This document shows, one piece after another, positions 42,186-51,889 of a stretch of 64,000 nt of DNA. The translations under genes were made by a program, and so were the position numbers. The stretch lies in NCBI GenBank assembly GCA_963707955.1, contig OY970176.1:992001-1056000 (forward strand). Reading direction: 5' to 3'. The notes beneath the pieces were generated by a model. That model was not told the origin of the DNA. It was given only the letters and a program-made list of their open reading frames with translations, and did no database searches. How positions within the stretch are numbered: the first letter of the stretch is position 1; every line of letters starts with the position of its first letter. This stretch comes from Candidatus Bathyarchaeota archaeon (lineage in GTDB: Archaea; Thermoproteota; Bathyarchaeia; Bathyarchaeales; Bathycorpusculaceae).

Positions 42186-42779
42186 TCAAGAGCTTGGCAT
42201 TATAATCGTCTGGTCATCACTGCCGTAGGTCAGCGTTTTTCCCTCTAGAAAGAGCTTGCCAACATAGGCGCACGTTATGGCATCCAGCTCGTCGGCGCTC
42301 ATTGCATTAGCTATGCCCTTGATCTGCAATTTCTTCAAACCGCCTCTCAGCTTATCGAGACCTTTCTGTTTTCTGGGTATTCCCAAGACATCTTGTGCGC
42401 CTCCAGGATACACTTCTATGACGTTGAAATGCATACTCTCAAGAGTTTTCCTCAGTGTTATTCCTCGGGAGGTGAGTTTTCTCATCGGACCGAGCGTAAC
42501 CGGGAAGAACTTTATTTTTCTTCTGAGAAGTTCTCGGTCACATTCTCTCAAGTGTGCGCCGGTTCTTTCGTCTATGGATTTTCTTCCTGCTGGGAGGCTG
42601 AGAGGCGCATCGACGGCGACTAATTTTGGTTTGGTTTCCTGTATTTTCTTTATTATTTCTCTATCTCCGTAGACCACACATGTCTTGACGTTCCAGTCTT
42701 CAAGGATACAAAAACCCGTGGGTCTAGTCTCGACACCTGCCAAGTCCAAGCCCACTATCGGCATATCATCCAGACTCAC
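42186..42779 (-). CDS. DUF429 family (RNase H-like) protein
   Basis: VGLDLAG, VDAPLS, IEVYPG, DELDAI. Confidence 0.88.
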   Translation of the reverse strand: MSLDDMPIVGLDLAGVETRPTGFCILEDWNVKTCVVYGDREIIKKIQETKPKLVAVDAPLSLPAGRKSIDERTGAHLRECDRELLRRKIKFFPVTLGPMRKLTSRGITLRKTLESMHFNVIEVYPGGAQDVLGIPRKQKGLDKLRGGLKKLQIKGIANAMSADELDAITCAYVGKLFLEGKTLTYGSDDQTIIMPSS

Positions 42780-42788
42780 ATTGATGGT

Positions 42789-43265
42789 TCATGAGACAAG
42801 TTGTGGCTCTTCCTGATAAGAGAGCGAGTATAATATGAGGTCTTCGTTCAGATAGTCTTTTCGCAGGTGGGCTTCTGGGACAAAGCAAAGTTCGGCGCAC
42901 ATTTTGCGCATGCCAATGTTCCATGGCCTTGTGAACAATTTCACTTTCTTTCTGCCAATTGCTTTAGCACGCCTTATGCCATCTCGGACAAGCTGCCTAC
43001 CGATTCCTTTTCTACGAAAAGCAGACTTTACGGCTACGAGATGCGATTGTGCCGGGTATTCTACGCTTTCTTCTGCCATGATTATGAATCCAGCAATTGC
43101 TGATTCCTCGTTCTCGTAGACAAGAATCTGTACGGGGCGCTTTGAAAATTCGATGAGCTGTTTGGTCGTGAGCGTTCCCAGTGCGATTTCGTCGCTGAAT
43201 GCTTCCGTGAGAATTTTGACGATAGCTGGTGCGTCTTTTTCGTTAAACTCCCTCATTACACGCAT
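42789..43265 (-). CDS. GNAT acetyltransferase
   Basis: VAV...FRRKGIG motif A. Confidence 0.88.
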   Translation of the reverse strand: MRVMREFNEKDAPAIVKILTEAFSDEIALGTLTTKQLIEFSKRPVQILVYENEESAIAGFIIMAEESVEYPAQSHLVAVKSAFRRKGIGRQLVRDGIRRAKAIGRKKVKLFTRPWNIGMRKMCAELCFVPEAHLRKDYLNEDLILYSLSYQEEPQLVS

Positions 43266-43289
43266 TAAGTTTCCCGTGAAACATGGAGA

Positions 43290-43365
43290 TGGTAGCCCGG
43301 GAGAGATTCGAACTCTCGTCAGCGGCTCCAGAGGCCGCCATGTTTGACCACTGCACCACCGGGCT
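43290..43365 (-). tRNA. tRNA-Gln(CTG), CCA encoded
   Basis: Acceptor AGCCCGG/CCGGGCT; anticodon arm GCGGC-CTCTGGA-GCCGC. Confidence 0.96.
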
Positions 43366-43447
43366 TTGTCACAAAGGGATTAAACAATGAAGTTTGGGAT
43401 AAATACTTTAGTGCGGAACAGGGAGGGACGAAAACAACGTGGGCTTC

Positions 43448-43651
43448 CTATTTTTGCTTCTTCAGCGTCTCTTCGATGCAGTGGCATTCTTGGGCGCTTG
43501 GATACCATTCTTCGCAGCACCAAAGCGTGGAGACGATTGCGTCTTGACTCTTCAAGTATCGTCTGGTGCAGAACACTTGGCTTGGGAAGTCGTAGGCGTT
43601 GTGGCTGGTGCAGTTTCCGCAGAATTTGTGTTTGGAAGATTTCTTCTTCAT
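43448..43651 (-). CDS. small Cys-rich protein
   Basis: CGNC..H, FC, WCCEEW, CHC. Confidence 0.75.
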   Translation of the reverse strand: MKKKSSKHKFCGNCTSHNAYDFPSQVFCTRRYLKSQDAIVSTLWCCEEWYPSAQECHCIEETLKKQK

Positions 43652-43658
43652 GTGGATT

Positions 43659-44681
43659 TCACTCCTTAACGACGGGGTCTTCGAATTTCACGTTCCGCGC
43701 TCGCTTGAAGTCTTTGCCGAGTCTCTCCACGACTGAGGCCACGATCGTTGGGAAGACGATCATCGCGTCGCTGATGACCATTACTTTGTCTGCTTGACCC
43801 TTCAGTTTTCCCCAGCTGACGGTCTCTTCTAGTGTCGATCCTGAGAGCCCACCCGTTTCTGCGCGGTCCATTGTTATGACGACGGCGTAGTCTATGCCTG
43901 ACTTTGTGGCCAGGGCTGCTGACTGTATGGTGTTTCTCGGCACTCCACCGCCTATGACTATCATGCCGTTTCTGGAAGCGCCTCGACAGATGCTGATTAT
44001 TTCCGATACGTCTTTGAAGCTGTCTACGACCAGCGTGTTCTTAAAAGCCCTGCGAGAGGCGTGGAGATGGTAGATGTAACCGAATTCTGAGTCGCGCACC
44101 GCAGGAATAAAGATTGGGGCTTTTGATTCGTAGGCCGCGCGCAGAATCGAATTAGGGTCTTTGAGTCTTTTGCCCAGTTCCCAAGCAAAATCCCTCGAGG
44201 AGAGAGGCTTCCCCTTGCATTCTGTGGCCATCTGGTCGTATATTTTCACGAGTTCACAGTCGAGTTTTATGAAGTCTTCCTCTGGGACGAAGACGTCGTA
44301 TATGCGGTAGGTATGATTTTTGTAGAGCATGTAATCGTCTACAAACCAGTGTCCTTTGTAGTGATGACCTCCTATGGCTTCTAAGGCGTCGTGAACCATG
44401 TTTGCTCCCGTTGTTACGAGGACGTCGATGAGGTTTTCACGAATCATGTCCGCAATCAGCGAGCGCATGCCTGCTGGAACCATGGCTCCTGCTAGGGCCA
44501 AGAAAATCGTGCAATCGTCGTCCCGAACCATGCGCTCGTAGATGTCGCATGCCGTTGAAAGTCTTCCTGCCCCGAAGGATCCCGAGTTTTGAAACTGTCG
44601 AACAAGCTGGTCTACGGTGAGTTTTCCTCTGATTCTCATGTGTTTTACTGGCTCGCGAAGGATCTCTTTCCTCTGCATCAA
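43659..44681 (-). CDS. dys: deoxyhypusine synthase family protein
   Basis: VTTGANMVHD, GGGVP, GGLSG...E.VSWGK with the catalytic Lys. Confidence 0.92.
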   Translation of the reverse strand: MMQRKEILREPVKHMRIRGKLTVDQLVRQFQNSGSFGAGRLSTACDIYERMVRDDDCTIFLALAGAMVPAGMRSLIADMIRENLIDVLVTTGANMVHDALEAIGGHHYKGHWFVDDYMLYKNHTYRIYDVFVPEEDFIKLDCELVKIYDQMATECKGKPLSSRDFAWELGKRLKDPNSILRAAYESKAPIFIPAVRDSEFGYIYHLHASRRAFKNTLVVDSFKDVSEIISICRGASRNGMIVIGGGVPRNTIQSAALATKSGIDYAVVITMDRAETGGLSGSTLEETVSWGKLKGQADKVMVISDAMIVFPTIVASVVERLGKDFKRARNVKFEDPVVKE

Positions 44682-44799
44682 AATACACGCTCAGAATCTC
44701 ACTCTTTGGTTGACTAAGAAGAAATATTTTGCTGTGCTGCTGCGGTGGGGAAGATTGAGATTAGAAGGGACAGATTCTGCGTCTGAGATGAGAGTTGGC

Positions 44800-45267
44800 T
44801 TATTTGACAACCAGGACTGGGCAGTGTGCGTTTTTTATGACGCCTTCGCTGACGCTTCCCATGAGAAGCTCTCTTATCCTGCTTATGCCTCTGGCACCCA
44901 TGACTATCAAGTCGAACTCTCCTTCTTTTGCTAGTGCGACGATTTCCTGCACGGTGTTTCCTTCCCTGAGAACAGTTTCGACCCTAACGTTTGCAGACTT
45001 GGCTTTCTGCTCACCGTCTGTTAGAACTCTGTTACCAACCATGCGTGCGGCTTCAACCATCTTCGCGATTTCTGCGGAGGTTACCACGGGAACTCCTGCC
45101 GGCGTCAGAGTAGTTGGTTCAGGAGCAATCGCAGCTGGCACAGTGACAGAGTAAACATGGAGTAGCGTCATCTTTGCGCGGAATTTCTTGGCGATTTGAA
45201 TTGCAGTTTCTAAGGCTCTCTCGGAATGTTCTGAACCGTCTAATGGGACCAAAACCTTCTCAAACAT
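44800..45267 (-). CDS. universal stress protein
   Basis: LVPLDGSEHS, DLIVMGARG, GSVS, CPVLVVK. Confidence 0.95.
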   Translation of the reverse strand: MFEKVLVPLDGSEHSERALETAIQIAKKFRAKMTLLHVYSVTVPAAIAPEPTTLTPAGVPVVTSAEIAKMVEAARMVGNRVLTDGEQKAKSANVRVETVLREGNTVQEIVALAKEGEFDLIVMGARGISRIRELLMGSVSEGVIKNAHCPVLVVK

Positions 45268-45367
45268 TTCGGTTGCTCCCGTACAGAAGCTGCTGTACGG
45301 TTTCAGATATAACCTTTGAATTCTTTTAAACTAGGCGGTATAGTGGGCTTGAGGTTTGGGCTTTTTG

Positions 45368-45601
45368 TTAGAGTAGGGCGAAGCTTGTTGACTTTATTCT
45401 TCCCTTGGTGTCAACGATGACTTCGAACCTCTCAGCCCATGGGTGTCCTTCCAGGTCTATTGGGCACGTGCCTCGGATTACCCAGATGTCGTTGTTGTGG
45501 TCGACTCCGGAGACTTCCACTTTGTCGGTGTTCTTCCTTTTCTTTAGAAAGTCAATCGCTATCTGCTGGGCTGATTCTACGCTGATGCTCTTTTCCTTCA
45601 C
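45368..45601 (-). CDS. small hypothetical protein (PepSY-like pattern)
   Basis: ISVESAQQIA...FEVIVD..G.I. Confidence 0.7.
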   Translation of the reverse strand: MKEKSISVESAQQIAIDFLKKRKNTDKVEVSGVDHNNDIWVIRGTCPIDLEGHPWAERFEVIVDTKGRIKSTSFALL

Positions 45602-45788
45602 CGCGTTTCCTCCGAAGCGTTGGTTTCACTATCTTCATGAGTGGTGTAAAAAGGGTTATGAACGAGGAATACTTAGCGAAAATAAGTGCGACTGAAGTGG
45701 CAGTGTGCTTCTGCTTATGTTTCGATAGGTTCAAATCAGCAGACGTTTATCTTAGAATTGATGCAGTTCTGGCTGGAAAAGGAATGTC

Positions 45789-46862
45789 ATGAGCGAAAGG
45801 AAGAGGATAATATTCCATTTGGACATGGACCATTTTTTCTCGGCGGTTGAGGAAAGGGAGCATCCGGAGCTCAAAGGTAAGCCTGTCATCGTTGGGGCTG
45901 CCCCCCTGGGTGGAAAGGGCAGAGGGGTCGTGAGCACTAGTAACTACGAGGCTAGGAAGTTCGGAGTGAGGTCGGGTATGCCTATTTCTAGGGCTTGGAA
46001 GTTTTGTCCACAGGGGGTCTATTTGCCTGTCAATTATGAGCTGTATGCAAGGGTGTCTAGCGAGATAATGGATATTCTGCGGAAATATGCTGACAAGTTT
46101 GAACAGTGGGGCATCGACGAAGCCTTCCTTGACGTGTCCTCAAGAGTGAGAGATTATGCGGAAGCGGAGGCTTTGGCATGGGAGATAAAGAAGAAAATCT
46201 ACGAGAAAGTAGCGCTGACTTGCTCGATAGGGGTGAGCTCGAACAAGCTCGTCGCCAAAATAGCCAGCGAAGCCCAGAAGCCCGATGGTCTGACAATTGT
46301 CAGGGGGGAAGATGTTGAAAAGTTTCTTGCTCCTCTGCCAGTTCGGAGGTTGCTGGGTGTCGGAAGGAAGACTGGACAGATACTTGAAGAAATGGGTATA
46401 AAGACCATTGAAGACCTGGCTCATTTTGACCCTGCGGTCTTGGCTGAATCTTTCGGGGTCATGGGCACTCAGCTTTACCTTATGGCTCATGGGATTGATA
46501 GAAGTGAGGTTGAGGAAAGGAGTGAGGTCAAATCCATCGGGCGAGACGTGACTTTTCTTGAGGATACCGACGACTTCGGCTATGTTTTGAATGCTTTGAA
46601 CGGGCTTTCTGAGGATGTGAGCAGGAATGTTTTGGACCAGCACCTCTTCTTTAAGACGGTAACGGTTAGAGTGCGTTACGAGAATTTTGAAACGCACACA
46701 CACAGCAAAACCCTGCCTTTCATGACAGACCGGTTGCAGGATTTGAAGAAAGCCGCTGGGGAACTGATGCAATCTTATCTTAAACCTGGCAGGAAGATCA
46801 GGCTTGTCGGCGTCAGAGTGTCCAGTCTTGTTTCGGGTTTCAAGCAGAAGAATCTCCTCTAG
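45789..46862 (+). CDS. dinB: Y-family DNA polymerase IV
   Basis: HLDMDHFF, NYEARKFGVRSGMP, IDEAFLD, KPDGL. Confidence 0.97.
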   Translation: MSERKRIIFHLDMDHFFSAVEEREHPELKGKPVIVGAAPLGGKGRGVVSTSNYEARKFGVRSGMPISRAWKFCPQGVYLPVNYELYARVSSEIMDILRKYADKFEQWGIDEAFLDVSSRVRDYAEAEALAWEIKKKIYEKVALTCSIGVSSNKLVAKIASEAQKPDGLTIVRGEDVEKFLAPLPVRRLLGVGRKTGQILEEMGIKTIEDLAHFDPAVLAESFGVMGTQLYLMAHGIDRSEVEERSEVKSIGRDVTFLEDTDDFGYVLNALNGLSEDVSRNVLDQHLFFKTVTVRVRYENFETHTHSKTLPFMTDRLQDLKKAAGELMQSYLKPGRKIRLVGVRVSSLVSGFKQKNLL

Positions 46863-47003
46863 TCTGCCGTAGACTGGAGGGAACTATCTTTCGTGCGGGA
46901 GCAGGATCTGGACTTTGCCATCTGGCCAACAATAGTTATTAATAAGACATTCGAGAAATTCTGTGCGTTCAGATTATAGAGAGAAGGCGAAAGGGAAAGG
47001 AAG

Positions 47004-48569
47004 ATGCCGGCTAATTCGGGCGTGAAGGTTGTGTTGACCGCTTCAGCGACTGAGATGAGTGACTTCGCCGATAATCCCTTTGTTGCCTTTGCAGGTGGTT
47101 TTGCCAAGGGACCAGTGCCTTTGTGGTTTTTGAGGAGAGCATTGTACCCGCCGGTCGAACGGAATGACGGTGACAGAAGGGCAAAGTATGCGCCCTACGG
47201 GTTAAGGAAGGTTGAAGCTCTGCTCTTGCAGAATGGTTTTGAAGAGTCAGAAGTGGCGGTTGTTCATCCGAGCAACCTTGACGAGTTCGTTGGGCCGAAC
47301 ACGAAGGTCGTAGGCATAACTTCTATGGATCCCACTGGGATGGCGTACGTTAGCAAGACTTATTCTTCAATAGTCGGCGGTGGAGAGCCGATGAACGCTA
47401 TTGAATTCAGGAAGCTGGTCAAGCAGAGGAGTATCCGAAGATACAGGCCTAAGGTGATCGTTGGAGGCTTCGGGTCTTGGCAGCTGGAACGGAAGAGAGT
47501 GGCTGAAAGATACGGTGTGGACTGCGTGGTCATCGGTGAGGGGGAAACGGCTGTCACAGATGTTTTCAAGAAGGCCGTGAACGGTGAACCCGTTCCGCGC
47601 GTCATTCGTGTTAGGAGTAGCGTTGAGGGTGACAAAGTGCCGCTTATCAGGCATCCAGCGATCCACGGTTGCGTGGAAATCTCCAGAGGTTGCGGTAGAA
47701 ATTGCCAGTTCTGCACTCCTACGATGCAGAAAAAGCGGGATGTGCCGCTGGAAAGGATACTGAAGGAAGTTGAAGTTACTACAAACGGAGGGTGCCCTCG
47801 TATCACGTTGGTGACTGAGGACCTTTTCCTTTATGGTTCGAAGGATCCTGGTTTCACACCAAACAGGGAGGCTGTTGTGAGGCTGGTTAGGAGCGTGGCT
47901 TCGGTTCCAGGGGTCAAGGCTGTGCAGCCGTCGCACAGTTCTTTGGCTCCCGTTGTTGCTGACCCTGCGATGGTCAAGGAAGTCGCTGATGTTTTGATTG
48001 AGCACAACTGGTATTATCACGGGAAAAAGAGGATTGTGACTTCTGAAGTGGGGATGGAGACTGGCAGCGTCAGGCTCATGCGGAAGTACATGGCTGGGAA
48101 GATGCTTCCCTTCAAGCCTGAGCAGTGGAAGGAAGTCGTGAATCAATCCTTTGGAATAATGAATGACAACGAGTGGTACCCTCTTGCCACACTGATAATT
48201 GGGCTTCCTGACGAGCGTGAAGAAGATGTTTTGGAGACGCTTGAACTGATGGATGACTTGAGGGATTACAGCGCCTTCTATGTTCCTCTGTTCTTTGTTC
48301 CCCTAGAGAATTGTCTCCTTATGAACGGGCGTGGAGCAGAGCTTGATTCTCTCACGAAGGCACGGTGGGAGGTTTTCGCGCGTTCCTGGGAATACAACGT
48401 CAGAATATGGGGAGACACTTTCTTGCAGCATAGAATTCCGAACCCGCTGCTCTTCAAGCTTGTAAAGAGGGTAGCGATTCCCTTCGGCGGTAAAGTTGCG
48501 GGACTCTATTATGGACTGAAGCACGGTGAAGAAATGGAGAAGGCAATCTGGCGTATGGCAAACGCCTGA
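47004..48569 (+). CDS. radical SAM protein with a B12-binding-like N-terminal domain
   Basis: APYGLRKVEA; EISRGCGRNCQFC. Confidence 0.92.
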   Translation: MPANSGVKVVLTASATEMSDFADNPFVAFAGGFAKGPVPLWFLRRALYPPVERNDGDRRAKYAPYGLRKVEALLLQNGFEESEVAVVHPSNLDEFVGPNTKVVGITSMDPTGMAYVSKTYSSIVGGGEPMNAIEFRKLVKQRSIRRYRPKVIVGGFGSWQLERKRVAERYGVDCVVIGEGETAVTDVFKKAVNGEPVPRVIRVRSSVEGDKVPLIRHPAIHGCVEISRGCGRNCQFCTPTMQKKRDVPLERILKEVEVTTNGGCPRITLVTEDLFLYGSKDPGFTPNREAVVRLVRSVASVPGVKAVQPSHSSLAPVVADPAMVKEVADVLIEHNWYYHGKKRIVTSEVGMETGSVRLMRKYMAGKMLPFKPEQWKEVVNQSFGIMNDNEWYPLATLIIGLPDEREEDVLETLELMDDLRDYSAFYVPLFFVPLENCLLMNGRGAELDSLTKARWEVFARSWEYNVRIWGDTFLQHRIPNPLLFKLVKRVAIPFGGKVAGLYYGLKHGEEMEKAIWRMANA

Positions 48570-48579
48570 CTCTTGATTT

Positions 48580-48852
48580 CTACTTCGGTTTTTTCTTCTT
48601 TATTCTTCGAATCTCGAACACGACGGGGTTCTCGCCGTCTGGGCACGCGTTGAAGATGACGTCTTTGTCTTCAGCCCAGGGAAAATCGACGCCAAAACGC
48701 ATCGCGTAGACTTTTGGAAGCAGAACCATCAGGGCGCTGTAGCAGATGTCTCCTTGGACGGTTCTTCCGTCGAAGACGATTTTATCGCCGACTCTGTGTC
48801 CGAAGTTGCACTTTCCTTTCTGACTCTTCACTGTCACTTCGACGACTGACAT
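48580..48852 (-). CDS. TIGR04076-like small Cys protein
   Basis: G.C..GH.VGD, IC..A, CPD..NPVVFEI. Confidence 0.88.
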   Translation of the reverse strand: MSVVEVTVKSQKGKCNFGHRVGDKIVFDGRTVQGDICYSALMVLLPKVYAMRFGVDFPWAEDKDVIFNACPDGENPVVFEIRRIKKKKPK

Positions 48853-48868
48853 GCTTGTTCACCCATTA

Positions 48869-49192
48869 TTACTTTGATGCCTCTGGGTATTTCTCTCTTA
48901 TCTTTTCGTCTGCTATCTTCGCGATCATCGCGCTGGAGATGAGCACGTGTTTGACGCCTCTGAGGTCAGCGAGGTCTGCGGGTTTCTGGTCCTGTGTGAC
49001 TAGCAAGAGGTTGTTTCTTCTTGCGTACTCGACTATGTCCTTGTCTTTCGCTCCTTTCAGGCCAGCATCCTGTGCGGTGACTGCTTCCCAGCCTAGGGTT
49101 TCAAAGTACTCTCTCAAGCCTGCGTACATTTCGTCGAGCAGAAGCTTCAATCCTGCCGCCTCTTCGGTCGGTCTTAGATGTGCAGTGTTCAC
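48869..49192 (-). CDS. Mut7-C/DUF5615 PIN-like protein
   Basis: LLLDEM, D.DIVEYA, LVTQD. Confidence 0.85.
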   Translation of the reverse strand: MNTAHLRPTEEAAGLKLLLDEMYAGLREYFETLGWEAVTAQDAGLKGAKDKDIVEYARRNNLLLVTQDQKPADLADLRGVKHVLISSAMIAKIADEKIREKYPEASK

Positions 49193-49224
49193 CTATTTAG
49201 ACGCTTCCACAAGTCTTGGCTGAC

Positions 49225-49500
49225 GCTACATCCCTGTATTCGCGTTTTGGCCTCGTCTATTCCACCCTCCCTCTCCCCCCCTAGGGTGTTAGTACTGCAC
49301 GTAGGCGTTCGTGAGGACCCTTCGGACTTGACGCGGGTCTGAAGAAAAGCGCGTAAGAAGGACTTGGCAGAGAGTCTGAGCAAGGATAGTGGCTTTCAAT
49401 GCATTTCAACATCAAGTCGCCTACTGGTTTCAGCTGCCCCTTGCAATTGCGGGCACGCCTGTCCCTTCCCTCTAGGGTGCCAGTTCCTTACTAGCCCGTA
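49225..49500. ncRNA. candidate structured non-coding RNA of unknown family
   Basis: No credible ORF; complementary pairs GTAGGC/GCCTAC, GACCC/GGGTC and GACTTGA/TCAAGTC (crossing); repeated pyrimidine tract plus CTAGGGTGYYAGT. Confidence 0.35.
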
Positions 49501-49598
49501 TCGAAGAAACTGCCGCATCCGGCATCTTTTGCTGTTTCGGCCGCTGGGAGAAAAGTCTTTAGGACGACAGGGCTTACGTAAGCTTGAGGTTGTAATGT

Positions 49599-50618
49599 TT
49601 GGTCTCCTTAAGGGTCTCTTTAAGGGCTTTGGCGCCTTCTTTAACGCGGATCACGGTGGCTGCTGCTGTCGGGGCGGCTTTGCACATCGGTCAAGGGAAC
49701 GGAGATTTGGTGGATGCGAAGGCTGTCGAGTTTTCGAGAGCTGTGCTGGCTCAGACGGATGTTGAGGGAGAAGTGATTGCCTGTGAAGGACCTAAGGACA
49801 ATGCGCCTGCGTTCCTGCGCAGAGAACTCGTGGGAACTGGGAATGGCCCCAAGGTTCAGTTCGTCATAGACCCCGTTGACGGCACGACGGCTGCGTCAAA
49901 GGGCAGAAAAGACGCGATCTCGGCTCTCGCGTGTGCACCAGCAGGATGCTTCCAAGTGCTTCCAGATGACGGGTACTACTTCAAGGTGGCAACTGACCAT
50001 CATTCAATCGGAAAAATCTCGTTAGAAATGTCAGTGGACGACATTGTGCGCACGGTTGCCCGCGAAAAAGACTTGCCCCTTGAGAACTTCACCGTTATAA
50101 TGTTGGAACGCGACAGGCACACGGGGATTCTGCAAAGTTTGAGAAAGCTGGGCGTAAGAATAATTCTTATTCCCGATGGTGATATTGCCGGGGCGGTTGT
50201 CACGTGCCGACCAGGCTCAGGCATTGACCTTCTCGTCGGTGCAGGCGCAGGTCCAGAAGCGACTATTGCCGCAACCGCGATCAAGTGTCTTGGAGGCACA
50301 ATGCTCGTCAAGGTTTGGAGAGACGAGAAAGATGATCAGAAACGGCTGGAAAGGTTGGCCATCGAAGGAGTGGACGTGGACAAGACTTACTGCGAAGACG
50401 AGCTTGCCAAGGGCAACGAACTTGTCTTTGCAGCCTCAGGCGTGACGAAGGGCGAACTCTTAGACGGCGTGCGCTTCATCCCAGAAGGCGCCGTGGTGAA
50501 TTCCATTTGCATGCGATTACCCAGCGGAACAGTGGAAAAGTCTGAAACGACCTTGCGGTTCAAGGGACACCCCGTGTACAAGAAGTTCTTACCTGGATCC
50601 CGCGGCGAAAGAGTTTGA
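49599..50618 (+). CDS. glpX: class II fructose-1,6-bisphosphatase (GlpX family)
   Basis: IDPVDGTT, R.RH, IPDGDIAG, GAGPE..IAA.A.KCLGG, FAASGVT.GELLDGV. Confidence 0.9.
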   Translation: MVSLRVSLRALAPSLTRITVAAAVGAALHIGQGNGDLVDAKAVEFSRAVLAQTDVEGEVIACEGPKDNAPAFLRRELVGTGNGPKVQFVIDPVDGTTAASKGRKDAISALACAPAGCFQVLPDDGYYFKVATDHHSIGKISLEMSVDDIVRTVAREKDLPLENFTVIMLERDRHTGILQSLRKLGVRIILIPDGDIAGAVVTCRPGSGIDLLVGAGAGPEATIAATAIKCLGGTMLVKVWRDEKDDQKRLERLAIEGVDVDKTYCEDELAKGNELVFAASGVTKGELLDGVRFIPEGAVVNSICMRLPSGTVEKSETTLRFKGHPVYKKFLPGSRGERV

Positions 50619-50685
50619 AAATGAAAACGTTAGGAAAGCGTACTCGGTTCGAAAGCCAATCTGGCTTTGATGCGAAGTTGGGAAA

Positions 50686-50835
50686 GTGACAGGAAAGACG
50701 ACCACTTTGCCTTGCGGATGCAAGTATCAAGACGACGGATACGTGGTAGTCCGTGTCCATGAATGCGCCTACCACAAGGAGAGACGAACAAGAAAGCGAC
50801 CGTACCGGCCTAAGGCCGAGTGCGTGAGACCCTAA
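50686..50835 (+). CDS. putative small Zn-binding protein (49 aa, not in ORF track)
   Basis: Manual translation MTGKTTTLPCGCKYQDDGYVVVRVHECAYHKERRTRKRPYRPKAECVRP*. Confidence 0.5.
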   Translation: MTGKTTTLPCGCKYQDDGYVVVRVHECAYHKERRTRKRPYRPKAECVRP

Positions 50836-50997
50836 AGCCGCGAGCCAAACAGTTCACAGTCTTATGGGCAAGCGTCTGCGTATTGCGAAGCTGATTTCAG
50901 CGTCGAGCGTGCCTACAACTGGTTATTCCAAGGGTGTATTTGAACTCTTTATTTAGAAGACGCAAGATTAAATGAGCAAATCGTTCTTTTTCAGTAG

Positions 50998-51528
50998 TTG
51001 GAGTCCTTAAAGATGAGGATTCACATAGCGAACAAAGTTTCGATAGTCTTGATACTGATGGCAGGTGCATCTCTGGTCTCCATGCTTGCCACTCTCAACA
51101 TAGACCACATCATTCATCATGACCTGTACAACTACGGTCTTCAGTTCAGCCCACAATGGGCTGATCCGTACTGGAGGATGGCAGCAGTCGTATTCTCAAT
51201 GGGATGGTTCATCATTCTAACCTCGGTGGCGTTTGAACTTCATTTTGTTATGCAATGGCGGCGTAGACACATCGAGCCCCAAGCCCCATGCGTCGCCCAG
51301 GAACAGGTTCAAAACCAACCGCCAATAACTGAAACAAAACCGAGCGATAAATTGGAGGAGAAAAAAGCAGAAACAACGGCTGAGGAAGAAGCGAAAACAA
51401 CAGCTCTTGTCGCGGAGACCGAAGACGATCTTAGCGAGTTTCGCGTACTCCTTGAAGAGATATCTGTAAGGACGGATGAGCCTGTTACACGTCAGAAAGC
51501 AGATGACAGCCAAGCAAACGAGAAGTAG
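50998..51528 (+). CDS. membrane protein with acidic tail
   Basis: Two TM segments flanking DLYNYGLQFS..WA.PYW. Confidence 0.8.
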   Translation: MESLKMRIHIANKVSIVLILMAGASLVSMLATLNIDHIIHHDLYNYGLQFSPQWADPYWRMAAVVFSMGWFIILTSVAFELHFVMQWRRRHIEPQAPCVAQEQVQNQPPITETKPSDKLEEKKAETTAEEEAKTTALVAETEDDLSEFRVLLEEISVRTDEPVTRQKADDSQANEK

Positions 51529-51577
51529 TGTCGCGCGCGCTAGAGAGCGTTCGACTGTCTCACAAACAGGGTGTGCG

Positions 51578-51889
51578 CTAAGATGGTTTGACTAGAACAG
51601 TGGCCCTCAGCTCCGCATACTTCTTTTCAATATCTTGCTTGAAAGCTGTGATTTCTGACGCGAGTTTCATCTTTGTTTCTGCTTCGAGACTCGATTTCAT
51701 GATTCTTTCATCAATCTTTTCAATATCATGCAAAGTGTTGTGTTTCATTTCTTCAGTCTTCTTCAACGTTTCCACCTTCTTTTTCTCAATGTCTGCCAAT
51801 CGACTTCTGACATCCACTTCTCTCTTGTGAAATTCTTCTCGTGTTTTTGTAAGCTTCTTCTCAAGCTCGAAGATCTCACTCACTTCCAA
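51578..51889 (-). CDS. coiled-coil protein
   Basis: Charged heptad pattern; GGAGG RBS. Confidence 0.75.
   Translation of the reverse strand: MEVSEIFELEKKLTKTREEFHKREVDVRSRLADIEKKKVETLKKTEEMKHNTLHDIEKIDERIMKSSLEAETKMKLASEITAFKQDIEKKYAELRATVLVKPS

Noticed and set aside
49340-49400. CTGAAGA as a hammerhead core
   Set aside because: No GAAA follows the putative stem II
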